DNA from: Escherichia phage iGC_PHA_EC001
Strand: one strand, 5' to 3'
Length of the DNA: 64,000 bases
Sequence record: OR437326.1
In this document: positions 8,915 through 17,117 of the stretch, in pieces
How the letters are laid out: each line of letters begins with the position of its first letter
Position numbering within the stretch: position 1 is the first letter of the stretch
Translations under genes and position numbers: made by a program
Notes under the pieces: model-generated
Told to the model about the DNA's origin: nothing
The model's database searches: none
The model's input: the letters and a program-made list of their open reading frames with translations, nothing else

Positions 8915-9151
8915 TTAATCTTCCCAGTCATTGCCCTCGGTAGAGTGAACTAAAGCTCGCACGATACCACCGTAATCTACTGCCTGATTTGCAGCATGTT
9001 CGGCATAAACTTCAATGGCTTTTTTGAAGAAAAGAGCAGTAGCTGCTTCAATATTATCCATTTCGCCATCTACGTCAGTAGAAAGTGAAAGGTTGAGGCT
9101 TTCATCTACTTCATCAAAATCAATAGCCACCGTCATAATTAGTTTACCCAT
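8915..9151 (-). CDS. hypothetical protein
   Basis: RBS AAGGAG; 78 aa, acidic. Confidence 0.45.
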   Translation of the reverse strand: MGKLIMTVAIDFDEVDESLNLSLSTDVDGEMDNIEAATALFFKKAIEVYAEHAANQAVDYGGIVRALVHSTEGNDWED

Positions 9152-9163
9152 AGTTCACACTCC

Positions 9164-9673
9164 TTAAACAAAATAAAATGGTTGAGAGAGGCCCAAACGA
9201 TTCTTTGGGTCGTATACATACCAAGCGTATGCTGTCTTATCTGTTCCACCTGCAACAAACGAAGGCCGTTCTGAAAGGACTATAAGGTTTGTTGGTGGAC
9301 TCTTTTGATGGAACTCTCGTCGTTTCTTTGACTCCAAGAAGCCCAACCTAAGAAGATAAATACAAACATCCGCCTCTTTTAAGCTCTTTTCCAAGAACTC
9401 CATTGCCAACTTAAATGGAGGATTTGTGATTATAATGTCGGGACGATTTTCCCATTCATGACTAAAATAATCTTTACCTTCTTCAAGTTCGCAATATTCT
9501 GAACCTTCAGGAAAATGGCGATAAATCGCTTCAGCTTCACCTCTGCAAGGTTCTGCAAAAACCCAACCTTCTTCCTTTAAATTTTTGAAATCTATAACAC
9601 TAAACAAACTATTGATTGCTTTTTGCGGTGTCGGATAATAATCGCTCGTTGGGCGATCATAATCTAATGCCAT
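9164..9673 (-). CDS. small DNA N6-adenine methyltransferase-like protein
   Basis: DYYPTP motif plus IIITNPPF (motif IV NPPF); GAGGAG RBS. Confidence 0.5.
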   Translation of the reverse strand: MALDYDRPTSDYYPTPQKAINSLFSVIDFKNLKEEGWVFAEPCRGEAEAIYRHFPEGSEYCELEEGKDYFSHEWENRPDIIITNPPFKLAMEFLEKSLKEADVCIYLLRLGFLESKKRREFHQKSPPTNLIVLSERPSFVAGGTDKTAYAWYVYDPKNRLGLSQPFYFV

Positions 9674-10091
9674 CTAAAATCTCCTCTTTTGTAATATTAT
9701 CCAACTCTTTAAAGGATGAAATCTCGTTTAATAATCCTATTTGATCAGCTTCTAGAGGATAAGTGTTTTTATCTGTTTTTCTAGACAGAATATCTTCAAC
9801 AAACTTATCAATAGCCAAAGAAGAATCATAAAATTTTAAAAGTTGGTAATCCATAGGAGATATTTTGTCATCTCTTAGAAATATTTCTAACATGTTTTCA
9901 GGAGTATCGTGGTTTAGTTTATGTTCACCAAAAATATTAACTTCGTAAACATCTTTGCCAAACCAACGTTTCTTCTTTTCAACAGTATAGGTTTTTGCCA
10001 CCAGACCATCTAAACAGTTTCTTGCCCTCTTACATGTTTGACGGTAAGAGTGGATAGCGCCTTCAACAAACTTAGCAGGAACTTGTAACAT
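9657..10091 (-). CDS. hypothetical protein
   Basis: RBS TAGGAG; 144 aa. Confidence 0.5.
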   Translation of the reverse strand: MLQVPAKFVEGAIHSYRQTCKRARNCLDGLVAKTYTVEKKKRWFGKDVYEVNIFGEHKLNHDTPENMLEIFLRDDKISPMDYQLLKFYDSSLAIDKFVEDILSRKTDKNTYPLEADQIGLLNEISSFKELDNITKEEILDGIRL

Positions 10092-10136
10092 TATTAATCT
10101 CCTATGTTTAAGAAATGCCCCCGAAGGGGCAGTTTG

Positions 10137-10829
10137 TTAAATAGCGGTTCCTTCGAAATCCGCCACATTTACGAGATTAATATTTTCAGATTTAGAAGTC
10201 AAGTTGTTTTCTGCAACAGATTTTTCTTCAGTATCCGCCTCGTTACCTGCCACGTTACGAGGTTCTTCTTCACCGTAGGGATTACCGAATTTCAAAAGAT
10301 TGATCAATTCTTCTTTGGAGAAGTTTTCTAAATCATCATCTGTTAATTCAATAATCTCGTCTTGTTCTTCAATAAATGTTTCACCACCAGAAAAAGCATC
10401 TCGCTTTTTAGCTACTTCCATAGCTTGTTCTGGTGTTGCCCCTGCATCAAGAGCAGCTAAAGCAAAATCTGACCCACTCCCTACTGCATAATATTCTTCA
10501 TCAATCGGATATGCACGTGTTGGGTTGTTACCCTCGTGCAGGAAAATACGTCCGTCTGGATGAACAACAAGTGCAATAAACTCTTCATCTTCTTTGTCTG
10601 GATCAGAGTGAATCATCAAACCAGGGACAGCATCACGTGCTGCTTCGCACTGTAGATTTTGTTCAAACCATTGAAAGAAAGAAAGCACGGAGGTCAGACG
10701 ACCAGCACCACCTACAAGGTAATCTCCAATTTTTCGGACCTTTTTGAAATTAATAGAATCTACACGTCCACCAAAAGTTACCTTACCGTCACTCAAAATC
10801 TTATTTTTGGTTGCAATAATTGTCGTCAC
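10137..10829 (-). CDS. HslV-like Ntn-hydrolase peptidase with long acidic C-terminal extension
   Basis: GTG start giving N-terminal TTIIATKNK (catalytic Thr after Met removal); FKKVRKIGDYLVGGAGRLTSVLSFFQWFEQ aligns by eye with E. coli HslV [38 protein letters not shown] RBS. Confidence 0.6.
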   Translation of the reverse strand: MTTIIATKNKILSDGKVTFGGRVDSINFKKVRKIGDYLVGGAGRLTSVLSFFQWFEQNLQCEAARDAVPGLMIHSDPDKEDEEFIALVVHPDGRIFLHEGNNPTRAYPIDEEYYAVGSGSDFALAALDAGATPEQAMEVAKKRDAFSGGETFIEEQDEIIELTDDDLENFSKEELINLLKFGNPYGEEEPRNVAGNEADTEEKSVAENNLTSKSENINLVNVADFEGTAI

Positions 10830-11329
10830 TATTCTTCCTCCTCTGTTAATGTTTTAAGAACCGCTTTCCCGCCATTCACATATTTGCAGATGTATTCTAT
10901 CGCACGTAGTGTTTCTTTGTCAACAAAAATTTGATCAGACGTTGCGAGCGGGTTATTAAGAAGATCACTGCAATCACGAACAAGCAGTGCTTTCTTATTA
11001 AACAAATTACTTAAGAACAGTAACTTCGCCTCTTCTTCTGTTATGTGCAGAAGGCTAGGATCGGAGCCAGCTATTCCTATTATACAATCAAACAAGCTTT
11101 CTTTACTATCAGAAAGTTCTTGAAAATGGTTTAAAAGCCAATCTTCTCCTAGACACCAACATTTAAACATTTCCAGTTTATCTCGGAGGGTCATATTCTC
11201 TAAAGTAAGAGCAATCTCTTTTTCAATATGGTTTACACAAATTTGACGAAATTCGTTAGGTTTTACGAGTCCCGTTTGATAGCACTCATCTATACCGCTT
11301 CTTCCGATAGCTATTGTTGCTACACCCAT
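10829..11329 (-). CDS. hypothetical protein
   Basis: RBS AAGGAGG; 166 aa. Confidence 0.5.
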   Translation of the reverse strand: MGVATIAIGRSGIDECYQTGLVKPNEFRQICVNHIEKEIALTLENMTLRDKLEMFKCWCLGEDWLLNHFQELSDSKESLFDCIIGIAGSDPSLLHITEEEAKLLFLSNLFNKKALLVRDCSDLLNNPLATSDQIFVDKETLRAIEYICKYVNGGKAVLKTLTEEEE

Positions 11330-11364
11330 CAATCCTCCTTATAAATGGCTTCCCTGCCACATTA

Positions 11365-12123
11365 TTAAATAAACACTTCAGTAATCAGTTTAGACAAACG
11401 TCCACGTTTATTATCGTCCGTTGTCAGTTCAACATATCCAATAAAATCTACAATTGGCTCACGAACACCTTCTTCATTTTCTGGATATAAAAGTTCCAGA
11501 ATTTGATGCAGACCATTGCTACGTTTTTTAATTGCATATGTCTGGCGAACATCGCCTAATACAATAACATGCGTATTAATACCTGCACGTTCAATAAGAA
11601 GTTTAAGTGTTTCTGTTGACATAAGTTGTGCTTCGTCAATAATGACGATTGTATTATCCAGGGTAGCCCCCAACAAATAGTTAGGAATATTCAATTCGAT
11701 CTTACCTGATCCAATATCGTTTTCCAATTTGTTGGCTGTCATGAATTGCTGGAAAATACGTTTTGTAGATTCATAGTGTGCTGCTAGTTTATCTGTTTTA
11801 TCCCCAGACAAGAAACCAATCTGGTCATCTCCGACTTCAGTAGGGTTCTTGATAAAAAGTAGTTTACGGAAGTCTCCTGAACGAAGCATCTGCAAAGCTT
11901 TCCATAAAGCAACAGAGGTTTTACCAGTCCCTGCCGGAGCATTTACAACAGTTAGATCATTCCAGATCATGCTTTGAACAATCTTATTTTGGTCCCCTTC
12001 AGGCATAAATTCATCTAAACGGTAATCGTCATTACCTACCGCTTTTGCTGCATAACGGCTTTCAATCTTTGCTGAATTAGCCAGTTTCTGCCGTTGTGTT
12101 TTAGCTGCGGTTTTATTTCCCAT
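11365..12123 (-). CDS. phoH: PhoH-like ATPase
   Basis: Walker A APAGTGKTSVAL and PhoH-like downstream motifs; start at MGNKTAAKT after AAAAGGAG RBS, which follows the terminator hairpin (track ORF begins earlier). Confidence 0.8.
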   Translation of the reverse strand: MGNKTAAKTQRQKLANSAKIESRYAAKAVGNDDYRLDEFMPEGDQNKIVQSMIWNDLTVVNAPAGTGKTSVALWKALQMLRSGDFRKLLFIKNPTEVGDDQIGFLSGDKTDKLAAHYESTKRIFQQFMTANKLENDIGSGKIELNIPNYLLGATLDNTIVIIDEAQLMSTETLKLLIERAGINTHVIVLGDVRQTYAIKKRSNGLHQILELLYPENEEGVREPIVDFIGYVELTTDDNKRGRLSKLITEVFI

Positions 12124-12142
12124 AGTAGCACTCCTTTTAGAA

Positions 12143-12156
12143 GGGGCCGAAGCCCC
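12143..12156 (-). terminator. GGGGCCGAAGCCCC hairpin terminator (second copy)
   Basis: identical to hairpins at 58-71 and 16428-16442; flanked by A/T runs; sits between lysozyme stop and phoH RBS. Confidence 0.5.
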
Positions 12157-12160
12157 TTTA

Positions 12161-12661
12161 TTATTTGTAAGCATCTAAAGTTCCAGAAGTCAGAACTTTA
12201 ATTACTCGTTCAGCACGGTTTGGCGTCTGGCTATACCATCGGCTTTTACGCATGTTTTTACCTGCTTGAGTATAATATGCATTGCTGATTAAAGTCAAGC
12301 TATTTTGAAACCCTTCAGCACCTTTTAACCCCAACTGGAAAACCATGTTAATTATTCCCAATTTACGAGTATCACTAACCTTATCATAGATTGGTGATAA
12401 GATAGTACTGTTTTTTATGTCTCTCTTCACTTTTGCAACATCGTCAGCAAAGATTTGACGGGCTTCTTTTTCTGTGATAACTCCATTAGTCTTACGACCA
12501 AGAAGATTATCTAAGATTTGAATAGCCTTTGCTTTATCTTTTATTTTAGTCAGAAGGTGTCCTATGCCGACTGTCCAATAACCAAGATGGTCTTGATAAA
12601 CAGTAAGCTTCAGTCCTTCATCGACTCGTAGCATATCAAACTCATCTACTACTTTAGCCAT
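12161..12661 (-). CDS. T4-type lysozyme (endolysin, glycoside hydrolase family 24)
   Basis: near-colinear similarity to T4 lysozyme: MLRVDEGLKLTVYQDHLGYWTVGIGHLLTK and C-terminal KSRWYSQTPNRAERVIKVLTSGTLDAYK. Confidence 0.85.
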   Translation of the reverse strand: MAKVVDEFDMLRVDEGLKLTVYQDHLGYWTVGIGHLLTKIKDKAKAIQILDNLLGRKTNGVITEKEARQIFADDVAKVKRDIKNSTILSPIYDKVSDTRKLGIINMVFQLGLKGAEGFQNSLTLISNAYYTQAGKNMRKSRWYSQTPNRAERVIKVLTSGTLDAYK

Positions 12662-12668
12662 TTACTTC

Positions 12669-12818
12669 CTATTCGTCGTCTCCTACTCCGTGATCCAACT
12701 CGTTAAACAACAGATGTTCTGGAGAAGTTTCACGTTTTGGTTTCGTTTTCTTTATGTTGGACTTCAGCTCATTTGCCAAAGCACGAGAAAAGATCTTACG
12801 TTTCTGTTTACTTTTCAT
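12669..12818 (-). CDS. hypothetical small basic protein (49 aa, below ORF-track cutoff)
   Basis: manual translation MKSKQKRKIFSRALANELKS...; RBS GGAGTAACAATT. Confidence 0.35.
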   Translation of the reverse strand: MKSKQKRKIFSRALANELKSNIKKTKPKRETSPEHLLFNELDHGVGDDE

Positions 12819-12823
12819 AATTG

Positions 12824-13084
12824 TTACTCCGCAATTTGAGCCATGAGATCACGCAGTTCGGTAAAACCGCCTACGTATGTTACCTCCCCGTTCACTTCAG
12901 ACAGAATTTGTGGAAATGTGCGTGGAGGAACTCCGGTAAGATCAACAACTGTTTTAGTCATTGATTCTAAATCATAGTCTTGATCAAGACTTAAATATTC
13001 AAACTGTTTATTGCGCATGGTTAATAGTTGTTTTGACATTTCGCAAAATTGACAGTTAGGTTTACCAAAAATTACAAATTCCAT
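12824..13084 (-). CDS. glutaredoxin/NrdH-like thiol-disulfide oxidoreductase
   Basis: N-terminal FGKPNCQFC CxxC active-site motif in an 86-aa protein; RBS AAGGAGAGG; start overlaps rmlD stop. Confidence 0.6.
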   Translation of the reverse strand: MEFVIFGKPNCQFCEMSKQLLTMRNKQFEYLSLDQDYDLESMTKTVVDLTGVPPRTFPQILSEVNGEVTYVGGFTELRDLMAQIAE

Positions 13085-13926
13085 TACCTCTCCTTATTAA
13101 GTAATACTGCTAAAGACTGTTCAATACCTTTATTTAAATCTGATTTTGTAAGATAGTGACTGGTTACTAGTTGTGACTTCACCGGACGTGCTGCTGGAGC
13201 ATTATAGGTTGAAGCTGATACCGCCGATATCTTAACAGGTTCTGGCATCTGTGTCAAGATCTTTTCCGCAAACTCCGCCCAAGAAATAAGATGGCTTCCT
13301 GCAAAATGGTAAGTCTTAACAGACCTTGACCAACCTGTTTTTAATACTTCAAAAATAGCTTCTGCTAAATCTGGAGCATATGTTGGACAAGAGAACTGAT
13401 CAGCAACAATAATAAAATCACGTTGTCCATCATTATAGCGAGACAACATGGTTTTTAGAAAGTTATTTCCAAATTCGCTATATACCGAGGCTGTTCGAAT
13501 AATATATGTATTTGGGTTAACTCCTCGCACCATTTTTTCACCAAGTTCTTTCGTATACCCATAATTGTTTATTGGGTTAGGTGTAGTATCTTCAAAAATA
13601 GGATGAGAATAATTAAAAATATAATCTGTAGAAATATGCACAAAATCAATTTTAAGTTTGCTGCACACTGCCGCAATATTTGCAGGTCCATACGCATTAA
13701 CAGCCAAAGCAGTAGCAAAATCATGTTCTGCTTTATCTACAGCCGTATAAGCGGCGCAATTAATAACCCCATCTACATAATCTTCAAGAATAGCGTTTCG
13801 CACAGCTTCAAAATTTGTAATATCTACACGTTCTTTAGGATAAGTTAAAGATACATTTGAAGGAGCCACTTTACGTAAAGCTTGTCCCAGTTGTCCATTA
13901 CCGCCCAATACCAGATATGTTAGCAT
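13084..13926 (-). CDS. rmlD: dTDP-4-dehydrorhamnose reductase (RmlD-like)
   Basis: Rossmann LGGNGQLG; INCAAYTAVDKAE and HISTDYIF match RmlD signature blocks; 280 aa. Confidence 0.8.
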   Translation of the reverse strand: MLTYLVLGGNGQLGQALRKVAPSNVSLTYPKERVDITNFEAVRNAILEDYVDGVINCAAYTAVDKAEHDFATALAVNAYGPANIAAVCSKLKIDFVHISTDYIFNYSHPIFEDTTPNPINNYGYTKELGEKMVRGVNPNTYIIRTASVYSEFGNNFLKTMLSRYNDGQRDFIIVADQFSCPTYAPDLAEAIFEVLKTGWSRSVKTYHFAGSHLISWAEFAEKILTQMPEPVKISAVSASTYNAPAARPVKSQLVTSHYLTKSDLNKGIEQSLAVLLNKER

Positions 13927-14486
13927 ACACCCTCGCTACGTAACTGTTGAAAAGATTTAGCCATTGCATCTTTTGTTGATAAGATAGGTTTAAAACCTTC
14001 GTCAAAAATCATATCGAAGCCCCAATCGATCCCTATGTCAGGATCATCCCAACGTAAACTTTGTTCACTAGAAGGGTCGTATGGAGTTGTGCATTTGTAT
14101 TCAAAGATCGCATCCATACTCAAAACTATAAAACCATGTGCCAAACCAGGAGGAAGCCAAAACTGCGTATGGTGTCGTGCACGAAGAACAACACCGTCCC
14201 AAGCACCGTAAGTTGGACTATCTTTACGTAAATCTACAGCGAAATCCAATACTTCCCCACTTACACAACGAACAAGCTTACCTTGCGGATTATTTGTTTG
14301 AAAGTGCATTCCTCGCAAAACACCGAAGTTTGATTTAGACATATTATCTTGAACGAAAGTTTGTTTACCAATGATATCTTCGTATTTTTGTTCATTGTAT
14401 GTTTCTAAAAAGAAACCACGATCATCTTTATAAACGTCTGGTTTGATAATTACCGCACCTTCAATTTTTGTTTTTTCTACTTTCAT
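13920..14486 (-). CDS. rmlC: dTDP-4-dehydrorhamnose 3,5-epimerase (RmlC-like)
   Basis: DDRGFFLETYN, GVLRGMHFQ, KLVRCVSGEVLDFAVDLRKDSPTYG, PPGLAHGFIVLS align by eye with RmlC/RfbC along whole length. Confidence 0.85.
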   Translation of the reverse strand: MKVEKTKIEGAVIIKPDVYKDDRGFFLETYNEQKYEDIIGKQTFVQDNMSKSNFGVLRGMHFQTNNPQGKLVRCVSGEVLDFAVDLRKDSPTYGAWDGVVLRARHHTQFWLPPGLAHGFIVLSMDAIFEYKCTTPYDPSSEQSLRWDDPDIGIDWGFDMIFDEGFKPILSTKDAMAKSFQQLRSEGVC

Positions 14487-14495
14487 TTTCTCTCC

Positions 14496-14822
14496 TTACC
14501 AGACATGTTGAGAAATAATAGTTTCCGTTTTAATGTTATATTTTTCAAGTAGCTCTGCATAGGCTTCTTTTGCATTCTCATTTACTTGCTCAAGATCTAC
14601 AGCTACGCTTCCTTCTCCGCCTTCTAAATAAATACCATATATGCAATAAGACTCATCAGCATCGTAGAAAGGAGAGATGCGACTTAAGTCAAGACCTTCT
14701 TGTAAGAACCAGTTAAAATCTCCGTCAAATTCTTCTTCAATTCTAGGGTCTTCTCCTACAGCCTCTTCCCATTTATTAAAAGGTGCACCCTGTAACATAC
14801 GCCATTCGATATCAATACCCAT
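14496..14822 (-). CDS. hypothetical protein
   Basis: 108-aa ORF in operon-like arrangement. Confidence 0.5.
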   Translation of the reverse strand: MGIDIEWRMLQGAPFNKWEEAVGEDPRIEEEFDGDFNWFLQEGLDLSRISPFYDADESYCIYGIYLEGGEGSVAVDLEQVNENAKEAYAELLEKYNIKTETIISQHVW

Positions 14823-14976
14823 TTTTCATCTCCTCCTCTTCTTGAACAGCTTTAATAATTGCTTCATAAATATCGTAAGCAATGCCTCCACAGCATCTAG
14901 CTTCGAAAGCTATTGCTTCTGCAATGTGATCTGTTAATTCTCGTGGAATACGGACATACTCTTTTTCATTCTCCAT
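14812..14976 (-). CDS. hypothetical small protein
   Basis: start at ATG (MENEKEY) after GAGGTGG RBS; track ORF uses upstream TTG. Confidence 0.35.
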   Translation of the reverse strand: MENEKEYVRIPRELTDHIAEAIAFEARCCGGIAYDIYEAIIKAVQEEEEMKNGY

Positions 14977-15112
14977 CTTCCACCTCTTCTTTTTCAAAGA
15001 CTACTACTCGTCCCTCACCATGACAATTCAGGCAAGGAAATGTTACCATAATTTCCACTTCCATCTGTCCAGTCCCACCGCACACAGGACAAAAAATAAG
15101 TTTTTCAGCCAT
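14966..15112 (-). CDS. small zinc-ribbon protein (48 aa)
   Basis: manual translation MAEKLIFCPVCGGTGQ...CLNCHGEG with two CxxC pairs; RBS GGAGGAATAAT. Confidence 0.35.
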   Translation of the reverse strand: MAEKLIFCPVCGGTGQMEVEIMVTFPCLNCHGEGRVVVFEKEEVEDGE

Positions 15113-15321
15113 TATTCCTCCTTAATTATTTCAAACTTGGCAACACCATTTACAATAATATGACCACAAGACATAACTCCTAGCCAAGGATCGCCGTTTT
15201 TCTTCAGGCGTTTACCGAATACATCACAAAAACCATTCTTCATTTCGGAGGCTTCATAAGAAGCCCCTTTGTCAAAAACGTCTTTGAATGTGTCGATTAT
15301 ACCAACACATCTCAAAATCAT
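15112..15321 (-). CDS. hypothetical protein
   Basis: 69-aa ORF immediately downstream of nrdB. Confidence 0.4.
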   Translation of the reverse strand: MILRCVGIIDTFKDVFDKGASYEASEMKNGFCDVFGKRLKKNGDPWLGVMSCGHIIVNGVAKFEIIKEE

Positions 15322-16406
15322 TAGAAGTCAAGCTCCTCATCATCAGAGAGATCTTTGTTAGCTGAATTCAATTTGTAATTAGTTAACTGAATCTCTTGGG
15401 CTGCTGACTGAATCAAATCAGGATTCAACCATTTTTCCATCCAAGCTAAAGGACTATGTTTAGGTGCTTTAAACTTGGCTTTCATTTTCAATCGACGATA
15501 AATAGGAGCAGCATTGAAATAAACCCACTGTTTAGACAATTCGGCGTTAAGACCTACAATAAAACGACCTTCACTAAACAGGTAGTCACACCACTGTTCC
15601 TCTTGTTCAACAACAGTGTCGAGGATCAAAGTCAACTCTTCAATATTATCTTCGTAAATTTTACGCCAAATTGGGTCATGCATCAATGCATCAATTACAG
15701 CATAATCCATCTTAACATGCAAGATTTCATCTAGCATAATTTTCTGGATCAGTTTACAAGCCCCAACAAACAGTTGTTGTTCTGCCATAGCAAAAGTAGC
15801 AGAGAAGGAAGATATAAACTGAATACCTTCTAATCCAATCAGGGCTACCATCCCTTTAAGAATCAGCAATCGAAGTTCATCGTTAGCTTCAATCAATCCT
15901 AGAGCATACTTATGACCAGCTTCTTCCAACTGACCCATGATATCAGCAATGATACCCATACGATTGAAAATTTTATCATTAATCATAATCTGATTGATGA
16001 CTTCAATTGGATCTGGAGTACATTGACGGATTATTTCAGAATACGTTAACGCATGGAGAACTTCCATTTCACTCTGCTTCATCATCATAGCACAGGCTTC
16101 ATTGTTACTCAAGAATGGAGAGAACAAAGTGATGATTGATTTTGCAAGAGAATCATTTTCCCATTGGAACGATAAGTTTTTAATCATAACATCATAGTTG
16201 TTTTTAGAACAAGCTACGAAATCTTTACGTGTCTGATCCAGATTAACTTCGTTTTCATCCCAATCTTGTGCTTTTTGAAGTTTGTAGAGTTTGTGCATTT
16301 CTGGATAAGTTACGTTAACAGAATCAAAGATCCCTAATTGCTCCCCCAAAAATACTGGATATTTTCCTGTTTTGTAAACTTCATTGTGTAAATTAATTGC
16401 TGCCAT
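15321..16406 (-). CDS. nrdB: ribonucleotide reductase class Ia small (beta) subunit
   Basis: 361 aa with ferritin-like RNR small-subunit architecture; adjacent to nrdA; RBS GAGGAGAA. Confidence 0.8.
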   Translation of the reverse strand: MAAINLHNEVYKTGKYPVFLGEQLGIFDSVNVTYPEMHKLYKLQKAQDWDENEVNLDQTRKDFVACSKNNYDVMIKNLSFQWENDSLAKSIITLFSPFLSNNEACAMMMKQSEMEVLHALTYSEIIRQCTPDPIEVINQIMINDKIFNRMGIIADIMGQLEEAGHKYALGLIEANDELRLLILKGMVALIGLEGIQFISSFSATFAMAEQQLFVGACKLIQKIMLDEILHVKMDYAVIDALMHDPIWRKIYEDNIEELTLILDTVVEQEEQWCDYLFSEGRFIVGLNAELSKQWVYFNAAPIYRRLKMKAKFKAPKHSPLAWMEKWLNPDLIQSAAQEIQLTNYKLNSANKDLSDDEELDF

Positions 16407-16427
16407 TTAAAATTCTCCTCAATAAAA

Positions 16428-16442
16428 GGGGGCCGAAGCCCC
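16428..16442 (-). terminator. GGGGGCCGAAGCCCC hairpin terminator (third copy)
   Basis: same palindrome as at 58 and 12143, followed on minus strand by TTTTATT and the nrdB RBS. Confidence 0.5.
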
Positions 16443-16449
16443 TTTATAT

Positions 16450-17106
16450 TTAGCCTCGAAATACTGTTTTTGTTTCCGCCAGGTGCCAATAGAAATCAGC
16501 TTTGTTTACAAGAGTGTTGTACACCTCTGGATAAAAATGTTCTTCCTCTTTGTAACGATCTGCTGTTTCCCTGATTGACTTAGCTTTATCCTTTAGCCAA
16601 GCGAAGTGTGCCTCTTCCTCTGTAGAGAAGTAGCCTAAATGCTTTCCTTTACTCCCAGAAGCTTTGGCATAAATCTTACCATCTTTCCTAACATGTGCTC
16701 CTAGTAAGTATTTTCTTTCATACCTCTTAGCATAACTTAAGAGTGTATTTATATAAGGAGGAACAAACCTACAATATTCAGGACAATAAACAGTATTTCC
16801 TTCAAGAACAAGATCTTTATCTAAAACAAAGCCTTCCACATTGTGTTCTTGATACCAGTTATCAAAGTTTGAAAAGGTGAACCAAGCATCACACACAGTA
16901 ACATCTTTATAACCTGGTCTAATGTTTTCCATACGATATGCACGATTAAACATGCCTTTCCAAGCTGCATAGGAAGGGTCTATGAATGTATTAACCCTTT
17001 TCCCATTGATAACACCACCTTCCCACAATCTACGTTCAACATCCACAATCAAGGGGATTTCTCCCCTCTCTGTGAGAACGGTAACTTTACGTTTACCCTT
17101 CTTCAT
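16450..17106 (-). CDS. putative free-standing homing endonuclease (AP2-like DNA-binding domain)
   Basis: sits between nrdA and nrdB, a classic homing-endonuclease site in phages; C-terminal GKHLGYFSTEEEAHFAW resembles AP2 domains of phage HNH/AP2 endonucleases; catalytic motif not confidently seen. Confidence 0.45.
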   Translation of the reverse strand: MKKGKRKVTVLTERGEIPLIVDVERRLWEGGVINGKRVNTFIDPSYAAWKGMFNRAYRMENIRPGYKDVTVCDAWFTFSNFDNWYQEHNVEGFVLDKDLVLEGNTVYCPEYCRFVPPYINTLLSYAKRYERKYLLGAHVRKDGKIYAKASGSKGKHLGYFSTEEEAHFAWLKDKAKSIRETADRYKEEEHFYPEVYNTLVNKADFYWHLAETKTVFRG

Positions 17107-17117
17107 CTGTTCTCCTA

